The translations under genes were made by a program, and so were the position numbers. DNA of 19,015 nucleotides from Planctomycetota bacterium (lineage in GTDB: Bacteria; Planctomycetota; GCA-002687715; DRQF01), in the NCBI GenBank assembly GCA_027001995.1, contig JALTLO010000074.1, positions 1-19,015 on the forward strand, given 5' to 3'. Positions 8,272 to 17,518 of the stretch are shown here, piece by piece (within the stretch, counting starts at the first letter, position 1; each line of letters starts with the position of its first letter). The notes under the pieces are model-generated. The model saw only the letters and a program-made list of their open reading frames with translations. It had not been told where the DNA came from and searched no databases.

Positions 8272-10056
8272 TCAATACCCGACCTTCGTTTGAATTGCAT
8301 TGGTCGTTTCTATGGGTGGACCCGCAAGGACAGCCTGATAGCAGAAGTACCAGTTTCTTCGAAAATAAAAGTCACTCATGGGAAAAGTGTGGGTCCAAGT
8401 TCCTTCTGCATTCGTGGTGAAGTTGATGCGATTCTGTTCGGCGAATTTTTGGGGAACGAATAAATTGAGTTTCTGATTCCCTGGAAGCCCGATTTTCGAG
8501 CGCTTGGCTTTTCCCTGATACCAAAGTAAAGACCCGGGGGTATTGGGCCGTTTGCTGGTCACGGTCACATTCATGTCCTTTCCCATAACAGGGGGCGTGC
8601 AAGAAAGGCTTGGGAGACCCGAAGTATCGCCGTCACCAGAGGCTTTCAGAGCAAGACTCTCGGCAACAGGACGGCCATCAAAGGGTTGGCTGTAGTCCCA
8701 TTCGTCGACCAGGATAATCCATGGCCGCGGCCAGATCCTCAAGCCAAGATGGGGATCCTGCACGTGTTTCACGCACTCGGCTTGCCAATCTGACCATTCT
8801 TGATTGGCGCTCTGATCAGTTCGGATTCTCTCGATACCTTTGTAGATGGGCAATAAGAGCAGGCCAAGCAACAAGAGATTCATCAGTTTACGCTTCCAAG
8901 TCCAATCGATCATGGAAACGACTAGGATGAGTAGTAAGATCGTCGAGCAATAGAGATATCGCGGAGCCTGGCCGACCATGAGTTGCGTCTTCATGTCGTT
9001 GAAACCCAGCACTGATCCGCAAAGTATGAAAAAGAAGCTGGCTAGTAGCAAGACCAAAGGGCCTCGGTGACGATTGGATTGAATGTAGGCACGGGTTCCT
9101 CCTATTAACGCAGCCAGAAGAAGCAGGTTGAGAAAGGCCAAGAGCATGGGTGACTCTTGGGATAGATAGACGGCATGAAAACCTAAGTAGATCGCTTGGC
9201 TCCGAGGAAGAAATGGACTCAAACATCCCTGAATGAGCACGTTCGGCAGGGTCAGGTTGAAATCCAAGCCAAGGAGACGAGAAGCAAGGCTCAGTCTGTC
9301 GCCAAGGTATGTGGGGGTACTGTCAATTTCAACTTGTGAAGCGATGAATTGCAGAAAGGCGCAGATCACGATAATTGTTAGAGATAACCGAGATAGCCTC
9401 GTTCTGTTGTTGAAGAAGGCAACAAGAAAAAACGGAAAGAGTAGACAGACAAGGGGGCTTGATAGGGCGGCCAAAGTTAAGACTAAGAGCGTAATCATCA
9501 ATGGTCGTTGAGTGGATTCTTGCTCGAACAACTCAGCCATGAGGATCAGGCCGACGATCCCAAAGTGGAATTGAGCAGATAGGCTGGTGAGCACTAAGCC
9601 ATCTCCACCATCAACTAAGACAACGGCCAGTGCGACCAAGAGTTTGGTTCGAAGGCCCGCGAGAATTCTAAGTTGGCTTGAGGTGATGATCGATAGGGTG
9701 ATGGCAATAGAAAAGAGTCCAGCTAATTGGGTGATCAGTGGCGCCGTGTGTAGAGGGAATAGCTTGGCAGAAATTAGCGTAGAGAGGTTGGTCCAGAGGG
9801 AATAGTATCCTTGGTGGGGTGCCAACAAAGTTTGCCATGTGCCGTGTCGATAGGCATTGGCGAAATAGACGCGGCCTTCTTCCGCGTAGAATCGGGGGTT
9901 AGCCCACAAGGAGTAATTCTTGAAGGCCCCTAGGCAAACCGATGTCAGGAATATGGCCCACCGGGACAACAATCTGGATTTTTGATCTGCGGACAAATTG
10001 TGGCCCTCATTTTCCTGAGAAACCGAGGAGTGATAGAAGTCACAAAGCGACTTCAT
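8272..10056 (-). CDS. Multi-pass membrane protein, probable GT-C glycosyltransferase with an extra soluble C-terminal beta-rich domain
   Basis: PRFYAEEGRVYFANAY...HQGYYSL follows TM1 (acidic pair typical of GT-C). About 10 or more hydrophobic helices follow, then PRYLY, the WPRPW domain end and a further ~140 aa soluble domain. Confidence 0.72.
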   Translation of the reverse strand: MKSLCDFYHSSVSQENEGHNLSADQKSRLLSRWAIFLTSVCLGAFKNYSLWANPRFYAEEGRVYFANAYRHGTWQTLLAPHQGYYSLWTNLSTLISAKLFPLHTAPLITQLAGLFSIAITLSIITSSQLRILAGLRTKLLVALAVVLVDGGDGLVLTSLSAQFHFGIVGLILMAELFEQESTQRPLMITLLVLTLAALSSPLVCLLFPFFLVAFFNNRTRLSRLSLTIIVICAFLQFIASQVEIDSTPTYLGDRLSLASRLLGLDFNLTLPNVLIQGCLSPFLPRSQAIYLGFHAVYLSQESPMLLAFLNLLLLAALIGGTRAYIQSNRHRGPLVLLLASFFFILCGSVLGFNDMKTQLMVGQAPRYLYCSTILLLILVVSMIDWTWKRKLMNLLLLGLLLLPIYKGIERIRTDQSANQEWSDWQAECVKHVQDPHLGLRIWPRPWIILVDEWDYSQPFDGRPVAESLALKASGDGDTSGLPSLSCTPPVMGKDMNVTVTSKRPNTPGSLLWYQGKAKRSKIGLPGNQKLNLFVPQKFAEQNRINFTTNAEGTWTHTFPMSDFYFRRNWYFCYQAVLAGPPIETTNAIQTKVGY

Positions 10057-10456
10057 GCATAGAAAAATGCAAGAGCGGAGTTCTCATTTTTCATCTTCGG
10101 TTTGCCTGTCTTTGCTATCGTTTCGAAACGCCTATTCGTCGGTGTCCTGGTAGTCATTCCCTTCCACTTGATGAGTCTGGAGGATGACAGGTGGAGGTTT
10201 TTCTTGCAAGAAATTTCTTGGCCTGCCACAAGAAAGCTTGGTTGGAGTGGTCGTGAGCCTTCTCGTTTTCCCAAGTCGATGGAGTCAGGGGTGGGAAACG
10301 GCACGTCAATAGGGGCGGGATGTAGAACAAGAAGTAAAATCGCATGGGAATTCCTCTTGGTCTTCACGACGATGCTTGGACTAGTATAGCTCGCCTCGTG
10401 CGCCTGTCATGAAAGACTGACAGCGATCGCCATCGTTGATCGTCCATGGTTGAAAA

Positions 10457-11521
10457 TCATTTTTCGCTGTCGAAGCGCCTGCGCCATCTCAGTGCTAGGC
10501 CCACCAAACCGATGAGCATCGGCACCTCAACCAAAGGGCCGATAATCGCTGCGAAAGCAACATCAGAGTGAATGCCAAAAACTCCAACAGAAACGGCGAT
10601 GGCTAGTTCGAAGTTGTTGCTGGCTGCGGTAAACGCGATGGTTGCGGTTTTCGGGTAGTCTGCACCAAGTTTCCTGCCGAGCCAGAAGGACACGATGAAC
10701 ATGACAAGGAAATAGATCCCGAGAGGGAGGGCAATGCGTAAGACATCAAACGGTAGCTCGACGATGGCACCACCTTTGAGTGAGAACATTGTGACAATTG
10801 TAAACAACAAAGCGATGAGTGTTAGGGGCGAGATCTTGGGAATGAAGTGGTTTTCGTACCAATGGTGCCCCTTTGACTTGACAAGGGTAAAACGCGTGAA
10901 GATCCCTGCAGCGAAGGGAATGCCAAGATAAATGAAGACACTCGTGGCGATGTCCGCGATGGCAACATCGACGGTCGCACTTGCAAATCCAAAGATGGGT
11001 GGTAACACCGTCACAAAAAACCAGGCGTAGGCCGAGAAAAGAAGCATTTGAAATATTGAGTTCAACGCCACCAAACCAGCAGCGTACTCGGGATCTCCAC
11101 CTGCCAGATCGTTCCAAACGATGACCATGGCAATACAGCGCGCCAAACCGATGATGATCAGTCCGATTCGATATTCTGGGTGGCTGGGCAGTAGGAGCAA
11201 GGCGAGCCCAAACATCAGGATTGGGCCAAGGAACCAATTGAGAAACAAGGAGGCGGAAAGTACTTTGCCGTCGCGTAAGACGTTGGAGAGTTTGTCGTAT
11301 CGTACTTTTGCTAGGGGTGGATACATCATCAAGATGAGGCCAGCGGCAATGGGGATGTTTGTCGACCCGACGCTGAGACGCCCGATCATCTCACCCATAC
11401 CCTCGATGAAATGGCCCAAGGTGACGCCAAGAATCATCGCTAAGATGATCCACAGGCTCAGATACCGATCGAGGAATGAAAGGCGGCCTTGCGCATTCTC
11501 GAAGGAGCTTGAGTCTTTCAT
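10457..11521 (-). CDS. acr3: ACR3-family arsenite efflux transporter
   Basis: Motifs [38 protein letters not shown] (conserved Cys), [11 protein letters not shown] and IGPLVEVP. The real start is ATG 11521 (MKDSSS), preceded by AGGAAGG. The 92-aa extension in the ORF track is not protein-like. Confidence 0.96.
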   Translation of the reverse strand: MKDSSSFENAQGRLSFLDRYLSLWIILAMILGVTLGHFIEGMGEMIGRLSVGSTNIPIAAGLILMMYPPLAKVRYDKLSNVLRDGKVLSASLFLNWFLGPILMFGLALLLLPSHPEYRIGLIIIGLARCIAMVIVWNDLAGGDPEYAAGLVALNSIFQMLLFSAYAWFFVTVLPPIFGFASATVDVAIADIATSVFIYLGIPFAAGIFTRFTLVKSKGHHWYENHFIPKISPLTLIALLFTIVTMFSLKGGAIVELPFDVLRIALPLGIYFLVMFIVSFWLGRKLGADYPKTATIAFTAASNNFELAIAVSVGVFGIHSDVAFAAIIGPLVEVPMLIGLVGLALRWRRRFDSEK

Positions 11522-11901
11522 TTTAGCCTTCCTGCTTTTTGTGAAGCGGCCGAAGCATAAGACTATATAACAAAAAATGAATATATTAAAACCCCTTCGA
11601 TTGGGGATAAATTGCCACCCATTTTTGGCTTGCAGAACGCAGGGCACCAATGTCATGAAGGAGGAAGGTTCATCTTTCCCCAATAGATGATCGTTCTTCG
11701 AGGGAGTTAACGGTCGCATGGTGTAGCTGTGTGCAATCAATCGGCCGACTCTATCAGGCGAGGTGCAATTGGGATACCATCTTCCCATGGTCGACACGAA
11801 GATTGGAAAACTTGCTAGGGCCTGAAAATCCTTCTTCGCGACCAGGGCTTTATTGGTGAATCACTATTGGAGGGGGAATGTTCCCTCTGTGGGAGGAAAT
11901 G

Positions 11902-12696
11902 ATGAAGAAGAATCTAACGATGATCCCAGCTATTCTGGCCGTGACGATTGTGGGTGCCCTATGCAGTTGTGGCGAGGGGCCGGCAGATCAGCAAGAAGGG
12001 TTGTTGGTATCGTCGGATAGACCTGGCCATGATCAACAGGAGGCCCAACCCATGGCATCAAGAGAGACGGAAGTTACTTTCTACGTGGGTGGTTTGATGA
12101 AAACAGAATCTGGCGCCACCTGACTTGGCTGACCCAATAAGGTCGACGAATCCCTGGAAGGGATTCACCCATCCGTGAAGACGTCATGGAATTATGACGC
12201 CGATCAAATCACAATCACTTTCGATGCGAGTGTCGTTCAGTCATCCATTCTCAAGAAGAAAATCGAAGAGCTTGGATATGAAGCCAAAGCAGCCGAAAAA
12301 GTTCCAGGAAAACGGGCGCCAACAAAGCGCATGTCTTTAGAAAAATCGATTCCAAGCGACTTGCAAGCTGCCCTCGCTCGTGCAGAGAAAGACAATCACC
12401 TCGTTGTCGTTGACTTCTGGGCCACCTGGTGTGCTCCCTGCATCAAACTCAAGAAGACGACCCTTCAAAATCCACTGGTGACACAACTTTTGGAGGGGGT
12501 TGAGCTGGTGTTTGTTGACCTGGATCAGCATCCTGAGCTTGGCAAATTGTGGGGCGTGCATTCCGTTCCAGACGTCTTGTTTATTGATAGCCGAGGCCGA
12601 GTCTTTGATCGACTTAAGAGCTACGAGGCTCCTGGCCCCTTCGGGAAACGTCTCGAGGCTGCTATTGCCGAACACAGTAGAACTTCGGAGAAATGA
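11902..12696 (+). CDS. Putative selenoprotein lipoprotein: HMA-like domain with a UxxU motif fused to thioredoxin (WCAPC), 264 aa with two in-frame TGA codons
   Basis: RBS GGAGG at 11892-11896. The signal peptide ends in the lipobox LCSC. Reading through TGA 12121-12123 and TGA 12130-12132 gives VTFYVGGLMKTESGAT-U-LG-U-PNKVDESLEGIHPSVKTSWNYDADQITITFDASVV...IEELGYEA, in frame with VVVDFWATWCAPC...SVPDVLF. Confidence 0.85.
12148..12166 (+). promoter_or_regulatory. Candidate bacterial SECIS element
   Basis: Perfect 8-bp stem GAATCCCT/AGGGATTC with a GGA loop (12156-12158). The loop begins 23 nt after the second TGA and 32 nt after the first, and its first base is G. Confidence 0.72.
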
Positions 12697-13172
12697 ACGG
12701 AATTTCGAATGAATGGGTAGAACGAGCATTCCATGATGGTGATAGCGCTTAATAGGGTGCCACATTCGTATATCGTCCGTGTGATGCCTCAAGAGTAGTT
12801 GAACATGGAGGCTCGGCCTGGAGATTGATATTGAGGACAGAGAGGGGGCCTTGTGGTCCATTTCGGAGTTCGGAAGAGGGTGAAGATGATCCACAAACGG
12901 GTGTAAAACATCTCAACTTCTGCAGAGAATCACCAACGCTCCAGCCGAGAGCTCCAATGGCCGGATGCGATCATTGAAACAATCAGTTCTGGGATTTCGA
13001 CCTTTGCCAACTGCCGGCTGAGAATCCCGCTCCTCTCTGGGGTCTTCGATTACTTTCTTGAATCACAGAGCCATGATAATCCGTGAAGAATCTCGATCCC
13101 TAAGGCATGAATGAAGAATTGCTCATGTACAGGAAAAGACGAAGGTTGTCATCTATAGGGCAAATTGAGCCA

Positions 13173-13211
13173 GCACGGTGTTGAGATAGTGGGAATTGCC
13201 TGACACCGTGC
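13173..13211. other. Stem-loop just downstream of the RND gene (possible terminator or stability hairpin)
   Basis: GCACGGTGT...ACACCGTGC forms a 9-bp perfect stem 9 nt beyond the RND stop. There is no adjacent U-tract. Confidence 0.4.
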
Positions 13212-13220
13212 AGGAGAGAA

Positions 13221-16200
13221 TCATGACTCTTGTGTTGGTTTGCTTGTCGTCGAGAGGCCGTAACCAAAGCGTCGTCGCATGCTTTCGATCAAGTGAAAGA
13301 GTACCGGCACCACAAGAAGCGTCAAGAAAGTACCGGCAATCAGCCCGCCAATAGCGACAACCGCCAGGGGTGAAAGCCTTTCAATACCAGCCGCCCATTC
13401 TAGGGCAATAGGAACCATGCCCACGACGGATGCACCTGCCGTCATAAGAATTGGACGGGTTCGCACTTTCACCGCAGCGAGAATCGCGTCCCGCAATGAC
13501 TGGCCCTGTTCAATTCCCAGTTTGGCAAAATCTACCAGGAGGATGCCGTTGTTGACCACAATCCCCATGAGAAGAATGAAACCCATGAATGAAGGTAGAC
13601 AACCGTGCTTATCTGCGGCCAGCATAGCCCAGGCCGCACCAATCAGAGCCAGGGGCAGCGTCCCCATGATGGCCAAAGGATCAAGGAAAGATTTGAACGT
13701 GACGACCAACATGAAATAGAGCAGAACGAGGCCGATGACGAGTGCTTTCAGGAGCCGTCCGAAAGACTCATCCATCTGATTGATTTCCCCTTCGAATGAC
13801 AAAGCATAGTCTCTTGGAATCACCAAATCAGAAAGAGCGTTCTTTATATTTTCGTGGAGTGCCGTTACGGAAATGTTCCGGCGATAACCGACGACATCCA
13901 CAGTGGGCAAGAGATTTTGATGAGTTTCTGCCGTATGTGCTTCGGTGGTAACCATCTTGGCCATGCTCACAAGTGGAACAGTTTTACCATCAGTACCTCG
14001 GATCTGGAGTGCATCTAGTTGCTCCTCGGACTCCGTCTGGGTGTGTGGTAGCCGCACCCTGATCGGGATGGGGTTGCGACTCTCAACACGCAAGAAGCCT
14101 GCAATTTGTCCAGAAACGGCGGAAGATACTTGGGTGGCAACATCACTTGCAGATAGCCGATGCAGCTTCGCTTCCGTTGCATCCACTTTGAGATTCCAGC
14201 GCTTGGCTCCCCCGTGCCACGTACGAAATGAACCTGTCATGCCCGGGACTTGGGCCATCCGATGAAGCACGTCGTCCGCGAGGCCGTCGAGCACCACTGG
14301 GTCAGGGCCTGTCACCATGACATCTACACAACCCCGAAGTGAGGTCACGGCCGTTGCGCCAAACTCAAAAACATCAGCCGTAATAAGCCCCGGAATCGAG
14401 CGGATCTTAGAGCGCAACTCTTCTTCAAAATCGTAGATCGAACGCTCTCTTTGTAGCCGATCAACGATGTTAACGGTGATATCACCTTGTTGGAGCGTCC
14501 TCGCCGCCCCAAATGACTTGACACCCGGTTCAGAACCGACGATAGCCGAGATGGTCAAGAGCTCCTTTGTTGGAATGACTTCAGAAATCATCGATTCGAC
14601 CTGTTTGGTAATCGCCGACATACCTTGATCGTCTGTGTCTGGTTCCGCCTCGAAGTGAATCTGAATGACCCCGGTGTCCATGAGGGGCATGAGCTCACGA
14701 CCTAGGACCGGCATTTGACGAGCGGATACCCCAAATAGAACTAAGGCACCAAGCAAGACGACGAACCGCCAACCCAAACCCCATGATACGACTGCACCGT
14801 AGAAAGCTCGGGCAGGCTGCAGTAAGCCCACCGCGAAGATTCGAAACACCCAAGATAAAGGGTCCTTCGCTTTTGGATTCAAGAACCAGGCCGCTAGGAG
14901 TGGGATAATGGTGACGGAGATGACTAATGAGGCTATGAGAGAAACTGAGAGAGTGACTGTGAGTGGACGCAAGACAGTTTCGACAAATCCACCGACAAGC
15001 ATGATCGGAATGAGAACGATGACAGTACTGATCGTACCCGAGGCATCAGCCAACAAGATTTCTTTGGTGGCATCGGCGGCCGCTTTCAATCCATTCTTCT
15101 TCAGTTCGCGCATATGGCGTTCGACATTCTCGATAACGACAACCGCATCATCCGCCAAGAGGCCAACGGCGATGATGATGGCGGTCAAAGTGACCATGTC
15201 TAATTCAAAATCGAGAAGGCGCAAAACGACGAAGGTCAGGAGATAGGTGAGTGGCAAGGAAACAGCCGTTATAATGGCGGCTCTCAGGTTGCCAATGAAC
15301 AAGAGAATGACCAACAGCGTCATGATCAATGCGTCTCTTAGAGCATCAACTAGGTTGGCGACTGTGATGTCAATGAGCCGGCCTTGCGTGTCAGCGATAT
15401 CGATCCTAAGCATGGGGAAGCGCGTTCGAAGCCGGGGGAGAGCCTCTTCTACGGACTTCAGGCAAGTGCTGGCATTTCCCTGTTCTGAGCGCAGCAAAGA
15501 AACCGCGATAGCCCTGTGCCCGTTGCCCCGATAGAGGGCAGTTGGGTCATCCTCGCTCCAGTGAACTTCTGCTATATCAGACACTCGCACGTATTGACCT
15601 TCACCCAAAGAAACAAGGATTTCCCCTAGGTCTGAAGGTCCAATTTTTAGGTCTTGAACGTTGAGAAGAATTCGCTCCCGGCCCGCATGAATCTCACCAG
15701 CAGGTATGGAAACATTTGAGTCCGCAATAGCGCGGGACACATCTCCAACAGTCAGTTTGTAAGTGTCGAGAAGATCGCGGTCCACTTCCACCAATAATTC
15801 TCGTTTGTGACCACCGAAGATTTCGACTTCGGCAATGCCTTCTATGCCTAACAGGGCATCACGCAAGGGGTTCTCAGCCAGCAGCCGCACTTCGTCCAAA
15901 CTCATGGTTTGGTCGTCGGCCACGGATACGGCAAGTACCACCACGGGATGAGCCGCATCCGTCACCTTAAAGATGAGGGAGTTGCCTACATTCTTGGGTA
16001 GAATACCTCTCACACGCGGTAGTTCGTTGGCGACGTCCGTAGCAGCTGCTTCTATGTTCACGCCATATTCAAATTCAACGCTGACTGACGAAACCTCATC
16101 CCTCGATGTCGAGGTGACACGGCGAACACCATCGATCGCCGACAGCCGGACTTCAATGGGGTGTGAGACATCAGTTGCGACATCATCCGAAGTCGCCCCT

Positions 16201-16355
16201 TTCCATGGGGTGATGACGCTGACGACCGGCCTACTCGTATCGGGGAAAAGATTGAGTGGCATTGCCTCAAATGAAAGCCAACCGCCAAAGATTGTCGCCA
16301 CGCAAAATGCAAGAACGAAGTGTGGATTCTTAAGGATGCGGTCAACGAAACTCAT
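13221..16355 (-). CDS. RND efflux transporter permease subunit (AcrB/AcrD/AcrF family)
   Basis: 1044 aa with MPLNLFPD, GLLADDAVVVIENV (TM4 Asp pair), GIVVNNGILLVDF, RTRPILMT and PLAVVAIGGL. Confidence 0.96.
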   Translation of the reverse strand: MSFVDRILKNPHFVLAFCVATIFGGWLSFEAMPLNLFPDTSRPVVSVITPWKGATSDDVATDVSHPIEVRLSAIDGVRRVTSTSRDEVSSVSVEFEYGVNIEAAATDVANELPRVRGILPKNVGNSLIFKVTDAAHPVVVLAVSVADDQTMSLDEVRLLAENPLRDALLGIEGIAEVEIFGGHKRELLVEVDRDLLDTYKLTVGDVSRAIADSNVSIPAGEIHAGRERILLNVQDLKIGPSDLGEILVSLGEGQYVRVSDIAEVHWSEDDPTALYRGNGHRAIAVSLLRSEQGNASTCLKSVEEALPRLRTRFPMLRIDIADTQGRLIDITVANLVDALRDALIMTLLVILLFIGNLRAAIITAVSLPLTYLLTFVVLRLLDFELDMVTLTAIIIAVGLLADDAVVVIENVERHMRELKKNGLKAAADATKEILLADASGTISTVIVLIPIMLVGGFVETVLRPLTVTLSVSLIASLVISVTIIPLLAAWFLNPKAKDPLSWVFRIFAVGLLQPARAFYGAVVSWGLGWRFVVLLGALVLFGVSARQMPVLGRELMPLMDTGVIQIHFEAEPDTDDQGMSAITKQVESMISEVIPTKELLTISAIVGSEPGVKSFGAARTLQQGDITVNIVDRLQRERSIYDFEEELRSKIRSIPGLITADVFEFGATAVTSLRGCVDVMVTGPDPVVLDGLADDVLHRMAQVPGMTGSFRTWHGGAKRWNLKVDATEAKLHRLSASDVATQVSSAVSGQIAGFLRVESRNPIPIRVRLPHTQTESEEQLDALQIRGTDGKTVPLVSMAKMVTTEAHTAETHQNLLPTVDVVGYRRNISVTALHENIKNALSDLVIPRDYALSFEGEINQMDESFGRLLKALVIGLVLLYFMLVVTFKSFLDPLAIMGTLPLALIGAAWAMLAADKHGCLPSFMGFILLMGIVVNNGILLVDFAKLGIEQGQSLRDAILAAVKVRTRPILMTAGASVVGMVPIALEWAAGIERLSPLAVVAIGGLIAGTFLTLLVVPVLFHLIESMRRRFGYGLSTTSKPTQES

Positions 16356-17518
16356 CGGGAACCCCTCCGGACAGGCTGCACGTTGTCACCATCCTTGAGC
16401 CGCCGAAGAGTGCTACGGTGCGCGACGACGACGGCATCGCCAGTCTGAACATCACCAAGCACGGCAATTTCCCGCCCGGATCTCAGATCGGCGATGACGC
16501 GGACCAATTCCAAGACGAAGCTCCCTTCACCTTGACCTTGTACTACTTTGAACAGGACGCCATGGCGATCCTTCCTAGTCGGCAAGAATGCGCGGGCAGG
16601 AATGATTGTCGCGTTGTCTCTTTTCTCGAGGGCAATGAGAGCTTTCACCCTGGCCCCACTTGGTAGACCAAATGGCCTTTCCTCTAAGTCAGATTCGACC
16701 ATCCCCAGTGCATCGGCGTCCAGCGCGGGATGAATGCGGTTGATGACAACGGGAATGGCTTTCTCTTGGTAAGCAAGAGAAAAGGTCGTTCCTGGTTCTA
16801 CCTGTTCGATGACCCTTTGGGGTAGCTTCACTGTGACCCGCGCACCTTTCGCCACAGTAATCCGATAGAGAGGGTGAGCCAAAGAACAAACAGCACCGGG
16901 CTCAGCCAAGCGTGCAGCGATGACGCCATCGGTGGGGGAACGGACCATGCCATAGCCTCTTCGGACGTTGAGCGCGGCGATACTTCGACGGAGCGATTCT
17001 TCACTGTCTTTTGACTCAAGTACCGAAGTCTCGTAGGTGTCAACACGAGATTGAGTGCTGCCACCAACCTTAAGCAAACTCTTCTCGCGTTCTCGTTCTA
17101 CGAGAAGATTGGCGGTTGCAGCAGCTGTGGCCCTGAGTTTGGCCTCTGTTGATTTGATCTGTTCCTCAATTTCACGAGAATCGATCTGAGCCAATAGATC
17201 TCCTTTCTTGACAGCAACGCCTTCTCTTGGCCCCATTTTGATGATGGACCCAGAGAGTTGGCCATTGACCACAATTTCTGCCTTACTCGTGAGGGTTGCA
17301 AGAGCGGGAAACTCTCGCGCCAAATTCCCTTTTCTCACATCAACAGTTTCTAATGCCCAAGGAGGAACCTCGCTCACCTGTTGATTGGCAATGGCCTGGA
17401 TGCGATCATTTCGCAAGCGTAAGGCACGTTTGCCAACGAGAATCGCTGCCACAACAAGAAGCGCAACCCCCAAGATCTTTAGGAGCGTTCTTCCTCGCCC
17501 GTGTTTCGCAACATTCAT
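16352..17518 (-). CDS. RND efflux periplasmic adaptor (membrane fusion protein)
   Basis: N-terminal TM anchor, lipoyl half-motifs EGVAVKKGDLLAQID and VRSPTDGVI, a coiled-coil hairpin and LKDGDNV. It overlaps the permease by ATGA. Confidence 0.93.
   Translation of the reverse strand: MNVAKHGRGRTLLKILGVALLVVAAILVGKRALRLRNDRIQAIANQQVSEVPPWALETVDVRKGNLAREFPALATLTSKAEIVVNGQLSGSIIKMGPREGVAVKKGDLLAQIDSREIEEQIKSTEAKLRATAAATANLLVEREREKSLLKVGGSTQSRVDTYETSVLESKDSEESLRRSIAALNVRRGYGMVRSPTDGVIAARLAEPGAVCSLAHPLYRITVAKGARVTVKLPQRVIEQVEPGTTFSLAYQEKAIPVVINRIHPALDADALGMVESDLEERPFGLPSGARVKALIALEKRDNATIIPARAFLPTRKDRHGVLFKVVQGQGEGSFVLELVRVIADLRSGREIAVLGDVQTGDAVVVAHRSTLRRLKDGDNVQPVRRGSR

Noticed and set aside
10053..10389. 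ORFs 10053-10367 (-) and 10102-10389 (+)
   Set aside because: No recognisable motifs or convincing RBS; likely intergenic.
11522..11797. 92-aa N-terminal extension of Acr3, or a hidden arsR
   Set aside because: It has no HTH or other recognisable features, and Acr3 similarity begins just after ATG 11521, which has its own RBS.
11878..12696. Two separate genes, a pseudogene, or UGA=Trp/Gly recoding
   Set aside because: The ORFs are in the same frame, the TGAs occupy both CxxC positions and a hairpin follows. GTG 12175 would start mid-domain, and many genes here end properly at TGA.
12337..12894. 185-aa His-rich minus-strand ORF
   Set aside because: It is largely antisense to the thioredoxin domain and is a shadow ORF.
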